From: Monocercomonoides exilis PA203
Lineage: Eukaryota; Protista; Preaxostyla
NCBI GenBank assembly: GCA_001643675.2
Contig: LSRY02000033.1
Location: 186,001-250,000, forward strand
Length of the DNA stretch: 64,000 bases
Reading direction: 5' to 3'
In this document: positions 13,376-25,262 of the stretch, in pieces
How the letters are laid out: each line of letters begins with the position of its first letter
How positions within the stretch are numbered: the first letter of the stretch is position 1
Notes under the pieces: generated by a model
Databases searched by the model: none
What the model was told of the DNA's origin: nothing
The model's input: only the letters and a program-made list of their open reading frames with translations
Position numbers and translations under genes: made by a program

Positions 13376-14823
13376 ATGAAATCAGGCTCCGATGACGAGG
13401 CCGGGGATGGAATCGAAGAATTGTCCCTTATTGATAAGTATGGCAGTTTGCTCACGTTCCCTTTAGAATTTGAAATCTGTGAAATGCGAGAAATATTCAT
13501 ATTTTTATAAGAGTTATTTTCTGAGCTGGAAAATGGCACTGAAGGGGAACAAAAATTGAAAATCTTTGAAATGAATGGACTTATGAGTGAGATGGCTTAT
13601 AGCGATGTGTATTCTATTTTCACGAAAGAATTGTTTGACAGGATGGACAAAATGGTTGAAAGAAAGAGATTATCCATTGAGAATGCATGTTTGTTGGTGC
13701 AGCGTGTGGGGTATTGGAAAATGTTGAAGAATCCATTGTTCAACGAATTTAAAAATTCTTTTTTGAACAGAAGATTTGAAAAGATGATTGTTAAAGAAGA
13801 AAAGAAAAGAAAAAGAGGGAATGAAAATCTTCTTGTTGGCCTTTGCGAATGTTATCTTTCGCTTAACAGCCGATTTTCTTCGGAATTGCTGTCGATTTGC
13901 GTGCCCTGTCTTCTGAAAGAAGCGTTGAACAAAGAGGAATGCGAGGAAGCTCAAAAGGAAGTGGAAATGGCTTTGCTTTCTTTGAGTAAAATTGTGGGCC
14001 GTGAAGTTTGGGCATTTCTGTTTCCTTTTGAACGTTAATTATTCCCTCTCATTTTTTTGAGAGAGTGCTTGAAAAATTGTATTTGAATGAAATCAAAGAG
14101 ATTATCAAATATCATCAAGATCATCAGAATCTGACGCGACTTGCCTATCATTCTGCATGGGAGTTTTTGATAGCACGACTGGGCAGCAATCGATCATTGG
14201 CAGATGTTATTACGAATGAGCTGCATTTTGTCGCGGAGGCAACAAGAGAACTGGAAGAACTGTCAAGTTGCGCGGATCTGAAGACAAAAGAAGTGATTAA
14301 AGGAAAGAAAGAAGTGAAGGAAATTGTGGGGAAGTGGATAAAAACGGCGGAAGAGTTGTTTTTGTGTATCACATCGTGGAAAGAGGAATATGCCGAACTG
14401 ATAAGTTTCGTGGCCAAGCTGTACAGAGCATCAAGAGAGAAAGAGCAAATGTTGTGTGAAAGATGCTTTTCATTTTTTTATGAAATTGCAAATAATGCAA
14501 CTGAAAGTGTTGGTTATTTTCTGAAAGAAGGTGTTTTCGATATCTTTTGCGAGGATCTCCAGCAATCAACATTGGAGGATGTAAAATTGTGGAGAAGTTT
14601 CGGGTTCTTATCAGATATTTTGAAAAGATTGAATGAAAAGAAAGATAACGATGTTGATGAGGTGAAAAGAAAGGCAACAAAAAAAGAGATGTTTGAAAGG
14701 ATGGAGGAAGAGGGATGTGAAGATTGCATAACGAGCTTTTTTGAAAGATTTAATTTTCTGAACAAAAGATATTCTTGCGATGCATTATCTTTGAATGTTT
14801 CTGATTATCATGTGAATGTTTGA
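13376..14823 (+). CDS. Lineage-specific all-helical (ARM/HEAT-like) protein of a multicopy family; probably 3 exons, with the first splice junction unresolved
   Basis: ORFs 13556-14038 and 14065-14823 read as one Glu/Lys/Leu-rich protein (LCECYL, ICVPCLLKEALNKEE..EAQKEVEMALL, LYLNEIKEIIKYHQ) with a probable ~56-nt intron near 14006-14061. A candidate first exon starts at ATG 13376 with donor GTATGG at 13438, but I found no phase-compatible acceptor. Confidence 0.6.
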
Positions 14824-16099
14824 GGAAACGAAATGTTTCCCATTTTGAAATTTAAAGAAAAAATGTCTTTTATATTTTTTGAAAATTTATAATCGTGAAT
14901 GGCTTCATATTAAACTTCATGAATTTATTGTTTTCATTTCATTGAGATGTGGCAAAGCAATGAAAAAAAAGAAACATTCAGATTTTTGTGTTGTTTCCTT
15001 TTCTTCATCAAAAGCTATCTCCAAATGAATTGAGTATTTCGCCTCTTTCTCACGGCTGACCTGCAGATTTGGGTGTTTTTGATGTTCTGGTATCATTTTT
15101 CACAATCCTCTTCTCCGCTCGTGCAAGATATCCGATATCCATTCAGATTCTTTCTTTATTTCCCATCAAACATCAACATCAACGAGCTTGATGAAGATGA
15201 CAAAATGAGAAAGAGAAGAGAATTGACGATATGTGTGTGTGCATGAGTTGACGAAGAAAACCTCAATTACAAACAAGAGATATGCCTTTGAAAGACAAAT
15301 TAATTATGAATTTTTATTTATTTATTTATAGAGAAGAAAAAACGCAAAAAATTACTCCACAAACAAAAAATCAAATACAAGCCATATTCACAAGAAGAAA
15401 GCATTTTGTATTTTTCGTTTTTTCCCTCCTGGATGCATCTGCTTGGGCCATAAAGTCTTCAGGTGCTGGTCAAACCCTTTGCCATCGTTCTCCATTCGGT
15501 TTTTTCAGATGTTCTGTTGATCCCTTCAAAGGTCCACTTCACAAAGCGTTCACAGATGTTATCCAGTCTTCCTCTGGTTCGTCTTGCTTCACTGAATAGA
15601 TCACAGTGGCTCATCGAAATTGCCAGGGGAACAATAATAACGCGGAACATTCAACCGGTGAGTCTCACGAAAACATTCAATGTGTGCAATGATTGTTGAT
15701 ATGAGAAGGAAAACAAAGAGTGTTAGAAGCACAGCTGGCAAACAGAAAAGAGGAAGAAACAAACAAAAATAATGATGAATATGGACAAAAAAAGTTATGA
15801 AAAAACAGGAAGATTGAAAAGATGCAAACGAAGTCGAAAAGGAGCATTAATTGTTTTGAAGATAATGATGAACTTCATTGACAGATCAGGAAATGAATTT
15901 TCATGTTTTCTCGAATTCTCTGTTTTCAAGAAGAAAGAATAAAAGAACGATGTTTCCATCGTTTTGGAGTTCATGAAAATGTGACATACACTTCAATATA
16001 AGGCAACTATCCCTTTTCATGGGATCCAATTTCTCTGGACTTTATCAGCATATTTTTCATTTGCCATTCTTCCACCGGAGATTGCAATTAATTTCTGGT

Positions 16100-16712
16100 T
16101 TTTTATTTTGATAATAAGAAACGTTTCCTGAAATGCATTTTGCTGAAGAAGAGCAAAGTCTGCTGAAAGAAGAAATGAATGGAAGGCTGAAGAACATGTA
16201 CAAAGAAGAATTGAAGTGATTTTTCTCGAAAGAAGAATTCAAAGTATTTGACATATCGATTGAATTGAACAACAATCCATTCGAAAAAGCCCTGATGTGT
16301 CTGAAGCATATTGGACATGAGAATGCGGGAAAAAATAAGAGTCTTCCATTGTTTTACAGATTCGTCTTTGAAGAATGGATTTGAGAGGATGATTATCGAA
16401 GAGGGAAAGAAAAAAGAGAGAAAGGATATGAAACTGTTGATTGATCTTTGTGAATACAATTAATTTTGGTGCGAAAGATTTTGCATCCTGTGTGCCTTTT
16501 CTTGTGAAAGCTGCATTGAGCAAGGAAAAAAGAAAAGATGCTCAAAAAGAAGTGGAAATAGCATTATTGGCTTTGAGCAATATTGAAATGCTTGCAGTGT
16601 GGAATTGAATCATTTTTTGCCATTTATAGATAATTCTAACCTTTGTGAAGAAAATGCTAAAAGAACTGCATCTGCATGAAATTAATGAAATCACCCAATA
16701 TCATCAAGAACT
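16100..16712 (+). pseudogene. Decayed paralog of the 13376-14823 gene
   Basis: Contains the same motifs (FERMIIEEGKKK, LLIDLCEY, CVPFLVKAALSKEKRKDAQKEVEIALLALSNI, KELHLHEINEITQYHQE) but with stops and frameshifts. Similarity ends abruptly at ~16712. Confidence 0.75.
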
Positions 16713-16929
16713 TCTTCAATCCTCTCTGTCTGGCTTCCCTCTTCACCCGCTCTCGTGTTCATAATCTTCTTTCTCTTTCTCTTCGTTCGCTTTTGAACCT
16801 TTTTTCTTTTCTTTCATTGACAATCTTTGAATTTCACACACATGTGTTTCTTTTCTTCGTCTATCAATTTCTTCGTTTCTTCGTCATATCTGTCTTTTTC
16901 TCTGATACAGATACAGAATGGAAAGAGAT

Positions 16930-18901
16930 TCAACCAAATGATGTGGAAGAAGAAGAAGAAGAGGCAGAAGAAGAAGAGGGTGAATGTGTTGATGGCTGAA
17001 CCTGAAGTGGAGGAGAAAGAGCAGATGGAGGATCCTCGCTGTAAGTGCGGGATGCCTCATAAGCCCGATGATCGCTCTTCAGATAAACAGATGGCCAGCT
17101 CGTTCTGTTTGCGACTTCTTCTCCAGCTGTGTATTTGAGCGATGGGGAAGAGTGTTCGGTGGAATGCTGTTGTTGTTGGAGTGTCTGCACCTGCTGCTTC
17201 GGCGATCGTATTTCTGCCTCCAATCCCTCCTTTTCGCTGTTCCACTCCTCTTCTGCTGTCTCATTCCACCACCGATCCCGAACTCTTTCCTTCTCAACCT
17301 CTCCAATCTTCCCCTTCAGGCGTGCCTCCATCCTCCACTTCTCCTCCTCCTCCCACTCTCTCTCCAAACTCAGCCTCCTTTGTCTCTGCCCTTTTTGTCG
17401 CTGCTGCCTTCTCCCTCTTCAGATCCTCCACTGACCTCTTCACTTCTCGCAGCCTCGCTCCCAGCTCCTCCTTCTCTTCCTCCATCCCTCTCATCACGCT
17501 CTTCAGCCAGGTTATCTCCTCTCTCAGCTCCTCCATCTCCGCCCGCGTCTTCTCCCCTTCCTCCTCCTCCCACTTTACCACCTCCTCCAGCTCCCAAATC
17601 CTGCTCCTCTCTGCTGAATCTTCTCTGCTCTTCCCCAGCTCTCGCTCCTTCCCCATCTCCTCTGCCTTCTCCTTCTTCTCTTTCAGAAGACGAAGGATCG
17701 TTTCCTCTTTTTCCTCCAACTTCGCCTTCAGCCTCCTCACCTCCTGCTTCACATCCAGCCCGCTACTCTCAGCCACTTCAGCTGATGGTGCTCTTCCAGT
17801 TGCTTTCCCCTTTCCTCCTCCTTCTGATGTTGTGGTTGATGAACCTTCTGCTGTTGTTGGACAGACATCAAAAATGATGCAGCTGCACTCCTTCCCTTTT
17901 GCTTTTGTGTGCTGCCCAAAGTCGCTGCAGCACCCTCACCACACGCCTTAGCATCGCTTTTCTCAGCCTCTCTCCTTCCTTTCTCATCCACAACAGAACC
18001 CTCCCTCCTCACCTCTTCTGAAGTTGTCACTGGCTGAAGATGAACCCTGTCTTCAGAAGGAGATGAGACGTCAGGCTCCCAGTCACTTGCTTCCTCTCTT
18101 TTCTCTTGCATGCTGCTCACAGCGTATTCAGCTTCTTCGCTCTCTTTTCCGCTCTCCACACCCTCCTCTTCCTCGCTCTCAGCCATCCAATCCTCCATGT
18201 CACTCCCGCTCATTTCGGCGTCATCCTCGCTGCTGCCTTCTGACCGTTCTCCAGCATATTCATCCTCCTCGACATTTTCGTCTTCATCGTCCTCGTCCAG
18301 CTGGTCCATTGGCTCTTCCTGGTTGCTCTCCAACTCAGCGCTTTCATCAGCCATGCCCTCCTGCTCAGAATCCACTTGACCTGCTCCCTCCTCCAGCCCC
18401 TTTTCTTCTTCAGCCAACTCGTCCTCCGAGTTCTCGTCCTCGTCTGTTTCGCTCCCGAATTCTTCTTCATCGCCTTCCTCTTCATCCGCTTCCTCTTCGT
18501 CGCCTTTGCCTGCCAAAAAGTCAGAATTGCATTGCAAAACGAGGGGTGAAAAAGCAAAATGGTATGAAACAATTGCAAACATGCCGTGCAGTGCACAGGC
18601 AGCAACGAGCACTCAAACCTTTTTCTTTTCTCCGAATACTGCTCCCGTTTCTTTCGAACAAGCCTTTTTCGCCTTGCAGGTGGATGGGCGCTGGACAAGA
18701 AAACGAAACCCAAATGCATTATGCACCAAAACTGCAAGCCATTTCGTTAACGCTGCATCCTGTCTTCTGCCCCCGTTCTTCTTGCCTGAGCTCCAAAACT
18801 GAAGCAGAAAATTTTTTAGCGTGCGTGTCTGCGCCACTCGCCTGCACCCCGCCCTTTCCCCTTCCTCTGCCCATCCTCACCTGTGACTGCTGCGCTGCCA
18901 T
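16930..18901 (-). pseudogene. Acidic + coiled-coil protein gene, apparently frameshifted (pseudogene or assembly indel)
   Basis: Overlapping minus-strand ORFs 17749-18612 (Glu/Asp-rich), 17294-17776 and 16930-17367 (heptad coiled coil) chain together through frame changes. KEAE-LEREWEEE continuity is broken by one extra T near 17367. Candidate 5' exon MAAQQSQ is followed by a GTGAGG donor. Confidence 0.45.
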
Positions 18902-19096
18902 CGAGTCTGTTGGCTTTTTGTCATTATTTTTTTGGAGAAAGCACCTTTAATATATTTTTCGGCTGTCTTCGAAAAAGCACAAAAACACTCCAAAAATATC
19001 ACCAGATTGTGCAGAAATGCTTATGAACAAAATGAGTGAATGTGGTTGGTTGAGCAACAGCGAATCAGTTGGCAAAACAATTTATTCACCAGATCG

Positions 19097-21789
19097 ATGA
19101 AATCTTCAGAAGTGCTTGGCCACACAGGAAATGAGAGAGCGTTCCGAGAGTTGGCTCCCATGGTTACAGACATTGAAGACCCGACGTCCAGCAGCTCGTC
19201 AGACGAGGATTGTGGACTGGTGGATGTGAAAAGTGTGCATTTTATGTTTTTTGCTGTTTTGCGGTTATCGGACGGTTTGTGCTTGAACGCGGGTGGTGCA
19301 GGAGTGCCGATGGACATATGGAAGCGGTGTGGGATTTTTAGTTGGGTTTTGAGGTTTTGAAAAATTGGCAGGATTTTGAAGGAATGCGACACAAGAACGA
19401 AAATGAGGCTGATGGGGACGTCGAAGTTTTTCCGAGAGATGCTGGACACAGACGAGTATGACATGCATTTTATATTTTTCATGGGCAATTTTGACGGGGT
19501 TTGGCTGGATGCAGGTTTTGGCACGAGATTGTGGTTGAGGAGCTGCCGCGGCTGAGAGACAACATCTACATGAGCCAGAACGAGTTCCAGGATCTGGACA
19601 CGTACGATCCAAACAATGCAGATGTGTGTGTTTTGCGCTGTGCCGGAGCAGGCGCAGCGAGTGACTCTCTTTTTGATGGGCTTCTTTGCGTTTTTGTTTA
19701 TTTGTTGATTTGTATTTTGCTTTAAATTGCATTCAGGATGTTGCGGACAAGACCCGATTTGGTCTGAGCCCGAAAGGTTGGAAGGACACCATTCGGTTGT
19801 ACGGGACTTTTCCAGAAGTGCTGTTTGGGAAGAGGCAGGGTTTCTGGAAGGATATATTTGATCTGAAAAACACGATAGAACATCCACGGATACGTCTAAT
19901 TCTATTCACATTGACGTGGGTGTCTCTTGCGCTATTTCTTTTCTTCTTTTTCTTTGCCATCTTCTACGCAACGAATTTTATCCGTGGGCCAGTTTTCGAC
20001 AAGCTGGCAGATGATGGGCATGTGTCGAATCTTTTGACGAACAAAGTCACCAGATCGGTCTTTTCATTCAGCCTTTCTCGGTCAAAAGGCCTTTTCAGTG
20101 TTTCAATTGCGATGCTGATATTGTTTTTGTATTTCTTAATAATGTGTATGGCGAAGCGAAAGAATATTTGTATTTCGTTTGCCGCAAATGCAACAGTGAC
20201 AGGAGTCTTTTTTATGATACTTTTCTTATTGTGCAGTAATCTTGACAATTTTGTGAACGGTGACAGGCACATATTTGATATCCGCAATCGCTTGGTTGAT
20301 GGCCCAGTGACGAAACCGTATCCTCAAAGGAGTGTCATGGAAAATAAGACTTCTAATGATGTGCTTTTCAGAAAAGTGGCAGACACAGAGACAGTCACAC
20401 AAAAATTCACAGAAGATGGGCGACCGATAACAAACTCAGATACAATTTTATACCTTCTTTTGTTCAATTTTTTGTTTTTCTATTTTTGGGTATTATTTGA
20501 GGGAGTTTTTCAATTTTACTGGCTAAGATTTCCAGATAACTGTTGTTTCACTTTGTCCATGCTTATTATTTCTCTTGTTGGAATCGTTTTGGAGTGGGTG
20601 TTCTTTTGTGTGAAACTGTGCTGTATGCAAAGTATTGAAGGAAGGTGAATGAGTGAATGAGTGAATGAGTGAATGCGAATCGAATGAGAAGAGAGGCATT
20701 ACGTTTTTATTTATTTTATTTTTTAAATAATTGTATCTGTTTCGCACAAAAATTATGTTTTATTCATTTCATTTCATTTATTAATTTATTCATTCATCAT
20801 TTTTTTGTTTTGTTCTTTTTGTGTGAATGCGAATGTGTGTGATTGGAATGCTTGCTGCACGTGGCGGTCAAACAGACAACTTCACGAGCTCGTGGACAAT
20901 TACTTTCATTCCGCTGTTCTTGGCAATCATCACTCTGCATATTTTTGTATTCAACTTGGAGCCACCTGGTGCTTCCATTTTCGAAACGATATGCAGCAAG
21001 AGTGTGCGTTACTGTGGGATTGTGTTTGGATCAGCGATTGGGATTGCCATTGTGCTTATTCCGACACTGTGCCTGGACGGGATTGGGAAGTTTGACCCGC
21101 CGACTTCGAGCGGAGAGGCGTGGGAAGGAGCAGAGCGGTTCATGTCAGCGGTGGTTGTGACAGACGAGCTGATTGAGCGAGCGCACAAGATGGAAAGAAA
21201 CATGATGCTGTCGCTGGTTCCGATGCTGGCGTGGCTGTTTATTGAGTATTTGGCGTTCTGCTTGGGGCTGTATCTGGTGAAAGGGGATGTGCAGTGGATT
21301 GAGCGAAGGTTGGGCTTAAAGAAAGAGTTGTTTGTGTGGCAGAAATTAGCTGTGTGTAAGAGAGGCAAAGAAATGCAAGAAATACGGGCAGAGGAGTGGA
21401 AAAGGAGAAAGGCAGAAAAAAATAGAAAAAAACAGAAAGAACAAGAAAGAAAAGCGAAGGAGAAAGCGAAAGCGAAGGAGATGCGAGAAAAAGAGAAAGA
21501 TCAGAGACTGATAGAGGTGACGCAAAGGGGACTGAGTCCTGAAGAGTTGAGTGCTGCAATCGATGAGATCAACAAGCATTATGATGAGGAGGATCAAAAA
21601 GAAGCAGAGGCAGAGGCAGAGGAAGCAGAAAAGAAAAGAGCAGAGGAGGAAGCAAAGAAGAAGGAAGAAGAGGAAAAGGCAGCGAATAGAGCAAATGAAA
21701 ATGATTATAAGGAGCCTGCTGTCAATCACGAAATTCATGTGCTTTGGGAAAAGATTCTGCGGAAGGGATCGTTTTCGTGGCTTGTCTGA
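19097..21789 (+). CDS. F-box + multipass transmembrane (TMEM185-like) protein with C-terminal charged coiled coil, 6 exons, ~720 aa
   Basis: Exons 19097-19232, 19302-19326, 19372-19455, 19515-19623, 19737-20631 and 20876-21789 are all GT-AG (2163 nt, in frame). The spliced N-terminus VPMDIWKRILKECDTRTKMRLMGTSKFFREMLDTDEFW fits the F-box pattern. It is followed by ~8 hydrophobic helices, including KL....W...FIPL and LCLDG motifs. Confidence 0.7.
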
Positions 21790-22179
21790 GCAGCACATGA
21801 ACAAATGAATGGGAGATCAACAATACATGTGCTTCTCCATTTTGTTCTTTTATTGTTATTATTATTGTTATTATCTTTTTATTTGTTTTTTTAAGTGTTT
21901 CTGTTTTGTGATTAGAATTGCAACTGCAATTCTGTTAAAGAGTTTGTTGTTGTTTGTTGCTGTGATTTTGTTGATTAGTAATTGAAACAAATGTTTTTGT
22001 CATTTTAGAGAGTTATCAATTTTGTTGTTCATATTTTGTTGATTTTGGATTTGTTATTGAAGTTCTTATTATTTTATTGGTTAAAAACTTTGGTTTATTT
22101 ATGTATTTTGCAATATGGTTTCGCTTTTATTCATTTAATTTTTATTTTTTCACAGCAGGAACTAGACTTGCTGGTTAAT

Positions 22180-22586
22180 GGGTAAATAATTAATTCAAAG
22201 AAAATAAAAGTTATTTGCAAATACTATTTGTTTGTGCACGACTTTTTGGAGTCTTTTTATTTTTCGGAAAAAATGAAAGTTTTAGCGCACATTTTCAAAA
22301 AAACATAACAAATAACAAAACGAACGAACAAACCTGAAATCGACTTTTTTTTTCAATTATGTCTTCCAAAAAAAACTCAAAACAATCAAAACTGAATGTC
22401 AATACGATTCATGTTGTTATTTTCGAGCAAAGTTTCATTTTTCTGAACAAGTGCATTTTTTTCCCTTTTTTCGTTGATTTTCAGCAGTTTATAACACAAT
22501 GTCGAATGCAACTTATTTCAGTTATTTCTCCAAATATTTTATTTTTAATGAATTATTAATTTTTTGATTTTTTTAGGATGAAACCC
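22180..22586. mobile_element. Decayed foldback/MITE remnant with GGGT...ACCC ends
   Basis: Imperfect inverted matches: TTCGGAAAAAATGAAAGTTT (22263) vs AAAGTTTCATTTTTTCTGAA (22429), and ~22185-22225 vs ~22520-22562. Confidence 0.4.
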
Positions 22587-23329
22587 ATTTTATTTATAAA
22601 AATAAAATAAAATAAGTCAAAATAACATTTGAAACGAAAATTTTTTATTTTTGTAATTGAAAAACGTGTGTTCATGAACAATTTCTAAAAAATAATAATT
22701 CGACCAATAATTGATCACAAAAAAAGAAGCAAGGAAATTTATTTCTTTGTTGAATGAAGTCACATTTTAACACAAACAAATATAGTCACAAAAAGTTGTG
22801 AAAAACTCAATGAAAATTTAATTTATTATAGTTGAATATGTGTTATTTTTTGCAAAAAACTATTGGAAAATATCAATTAACAGGTGCTTCCGCAAAAATA
22901 AATCAACATAAGAATTAATTGAAATTCATCTGGAAAAAATAATATTTTATTTCAAATTGAAAAAGTAAAATATTAATGTTTTTTGTTTTCTTCATTATTA
23001 TAATTGTGTTTGGAAACATTAAGGGATTTTTCTAAATCAGGCAAAGAATTGTTTATTGGCTTTTTTTATTTGTCTTCATATATGCAATGGCATAGTTCGA
23101 AGAATAAGTTCAACAAAAATGGGGAAAATATGAGTCTATTTTTCAAACGTAATAAAAAACGATTTATGAGTTTCAAAAATGAAATTAATATTCTGTTTGC
23201 ATATTTGTCATCAATAAACACTCAAACATTTGTTGTGATGTGAATAATTAATATCACAAAAACAACAAACTTCCGCAATAAAAACAATAAGAACATTTAT
23301 GCACAATACACTGTCGTATTTCAATAATA

Positions 23330-23779
23330 CAGTCCAAACCGGATATAATCACATCGGTTTTTGCACAACTTTTTGTGACAATATCCGATTGTGATCATAC
23401 ACGATGACGCTTTCCACAGAAAAAAATAAAAATTAATTTTTGAAATAATTAATTTTGGGTCAAATTTTATATTTTTGGAAATTCTGCACAAATACACTTT
23501 TTTCACTTGCTTGAACAATTTTGATCACAAATACACATCATTTTGACTTATTTGAGTACATTTTTGAAAAAGTGAAAAATTGAAATTTTTGATCAAAAAA
23601 TAGATTTTTCATAGAAAAAATCACCCACAATAATAAAAAATGTGATTTTATATATTTAGCCCTGTGATTATATGCGATGGAAAATGAATGAAAAATTGGA
23701 CAAAAATGTCGGTGCATAGAAAATTGTGACTATAAACGAATGTGATGATTTTCGACGTGATTATATCCAGTTTTGACTG
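23330..23779. mobile_element. Tc1/mariner-superfamily (pogo-like) MITE, 450 bp
   Basis: 27-bp TIRs CAGTCCAAACCGGATATAATCACATCG (23330-23356) and CGACGTGATTATATCCAGTTTTGACTG (23753-23779) with 3 mismatches. TA precedes the left end. Internal TGTGA(T/C)TATA-like subrepeats are present. Confidence 0.7.
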
Positions 23780-25262
23780 AAATTGCATTTTATATGAAGG
23801 ATCGTGATGTCTTCGGAAATTTCCAAAAAATAATTTCAATTAAAATAATTTCTATTTAACAAACAAACAAATTAACAAACAAACGTACAAATAAATATAT
23901 AGATGAATAAAACAAAAAAGAAGAATACGGAAATGATTTTTTTTATTGATATTATCGATGAAATCCAAATATAAATGCTTATTCTTCATGTGCTATATTT
24001 TTGATGTTTTGTTTTCATCCAACCGGAACAGATGTGTTTTTTTCATGTTTAAATGACACTTGAACATAATATAAATTAATATACTTCCATTTTTCGAACT
24101 GATTGTTCCAAAAGGCAATAAATTATTATCTGACATAATATTTCAAAATAACATAAAAAATACTGTTTTGACCAAACTTTCAGTTAAAAATATAACTTTT
24201 TAAAGACACAATTTGCAAAAATAGTCAAATTTAATCTTCTTTAGGAATTTATTTTGATTGTTTGACTTTCAATATCTCTTTGATTGTGTGAAGAAAAAAG
24301 CGATAAAGATTTCAAAAATCAAAAGTGGAAAATTTTCTAACAGTGCGATCATTCTGGTATTTTTTTTTTGAAAAATCACTTTTGTGAAATTCACTAAATG
24401 AATGTTTATTTCATTATCTCATTGAAGTTCAGAAGGCAACACCATCATACACATGAATGAAAAAAAATACGTTGTTAACGCAATTTTTTCCATAACAGTG
24501 AAATATTGTGAGTGATAACAGAAATATGTAAAAAATATGCAATTTTTTCGTTTTTGAAAATTCAACATAATTGATTTTTGAAAAAATACTCATAAATCTT
24601 GTTTTCTCTTTCAAAAATTACGGAAAATAAATCTGTATGATTCTATGTCTTATGAACGTTTAATAGAGACAACGTTTCAATACCACTTTGTTTTTTTCAT
24701 CTTTTCCATTAGCTTTCAATATTATTGAAATGCATTTATCATGTCTAGAATACGTCTCTTTTTGTTGACAAAAATTCTGTGCAAACAATTTATAAAACCC
24801 AAAATATTTTGGATTTCAAATACAATTTTCCCATTATTTTATTTTTTTTTTATTTTTAGTTTTTTTTTATTTTTTTTCCACCAAAATCAAGTAATTTAAA
24901 AAGGGCAAAATATTTATCTTTAGGCATTTTCATTGAAAATTATGCACTTTTCATTGACTTTTTGTGATTAAAAAATCAGAAATATATGGATATATTTTTA
25001 GAAATACATGTGAAGTCACAAAATATAATGTTATAATATCAATCATGTTTGTCAACAGATATGAAAATCATATTAATTTTGAAATCTGGATGAGTTTATA
25101 AATGTTATAAGTGAAATAATTTTTTCATGCTTTGTGCATAAAAAGCTTGAAAGTTCATATTTCCCCCAAAAAATTAAAATAAAAAAGTTTATCACAACGA
25201 TTGATCACAAAATTAAATTTTTGCTTTGTAACATGGGATGATATGGCAAAAATATTTATATT

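Noticed and set aside
15000-16050. Coding-like fragments on the minus strand
   Set aside because: No continuous frame or recognisable motif could be reconstructed. It may be a very old relic, but that is unsupported.
24310-24700. Weak inverted similarity (GGTATTTTTTTTTGAAAAATCA vs TGATTTTTGAAAAAATACT)
   Set aside because: Too short and AT-rich to distinguish from chance by eye.
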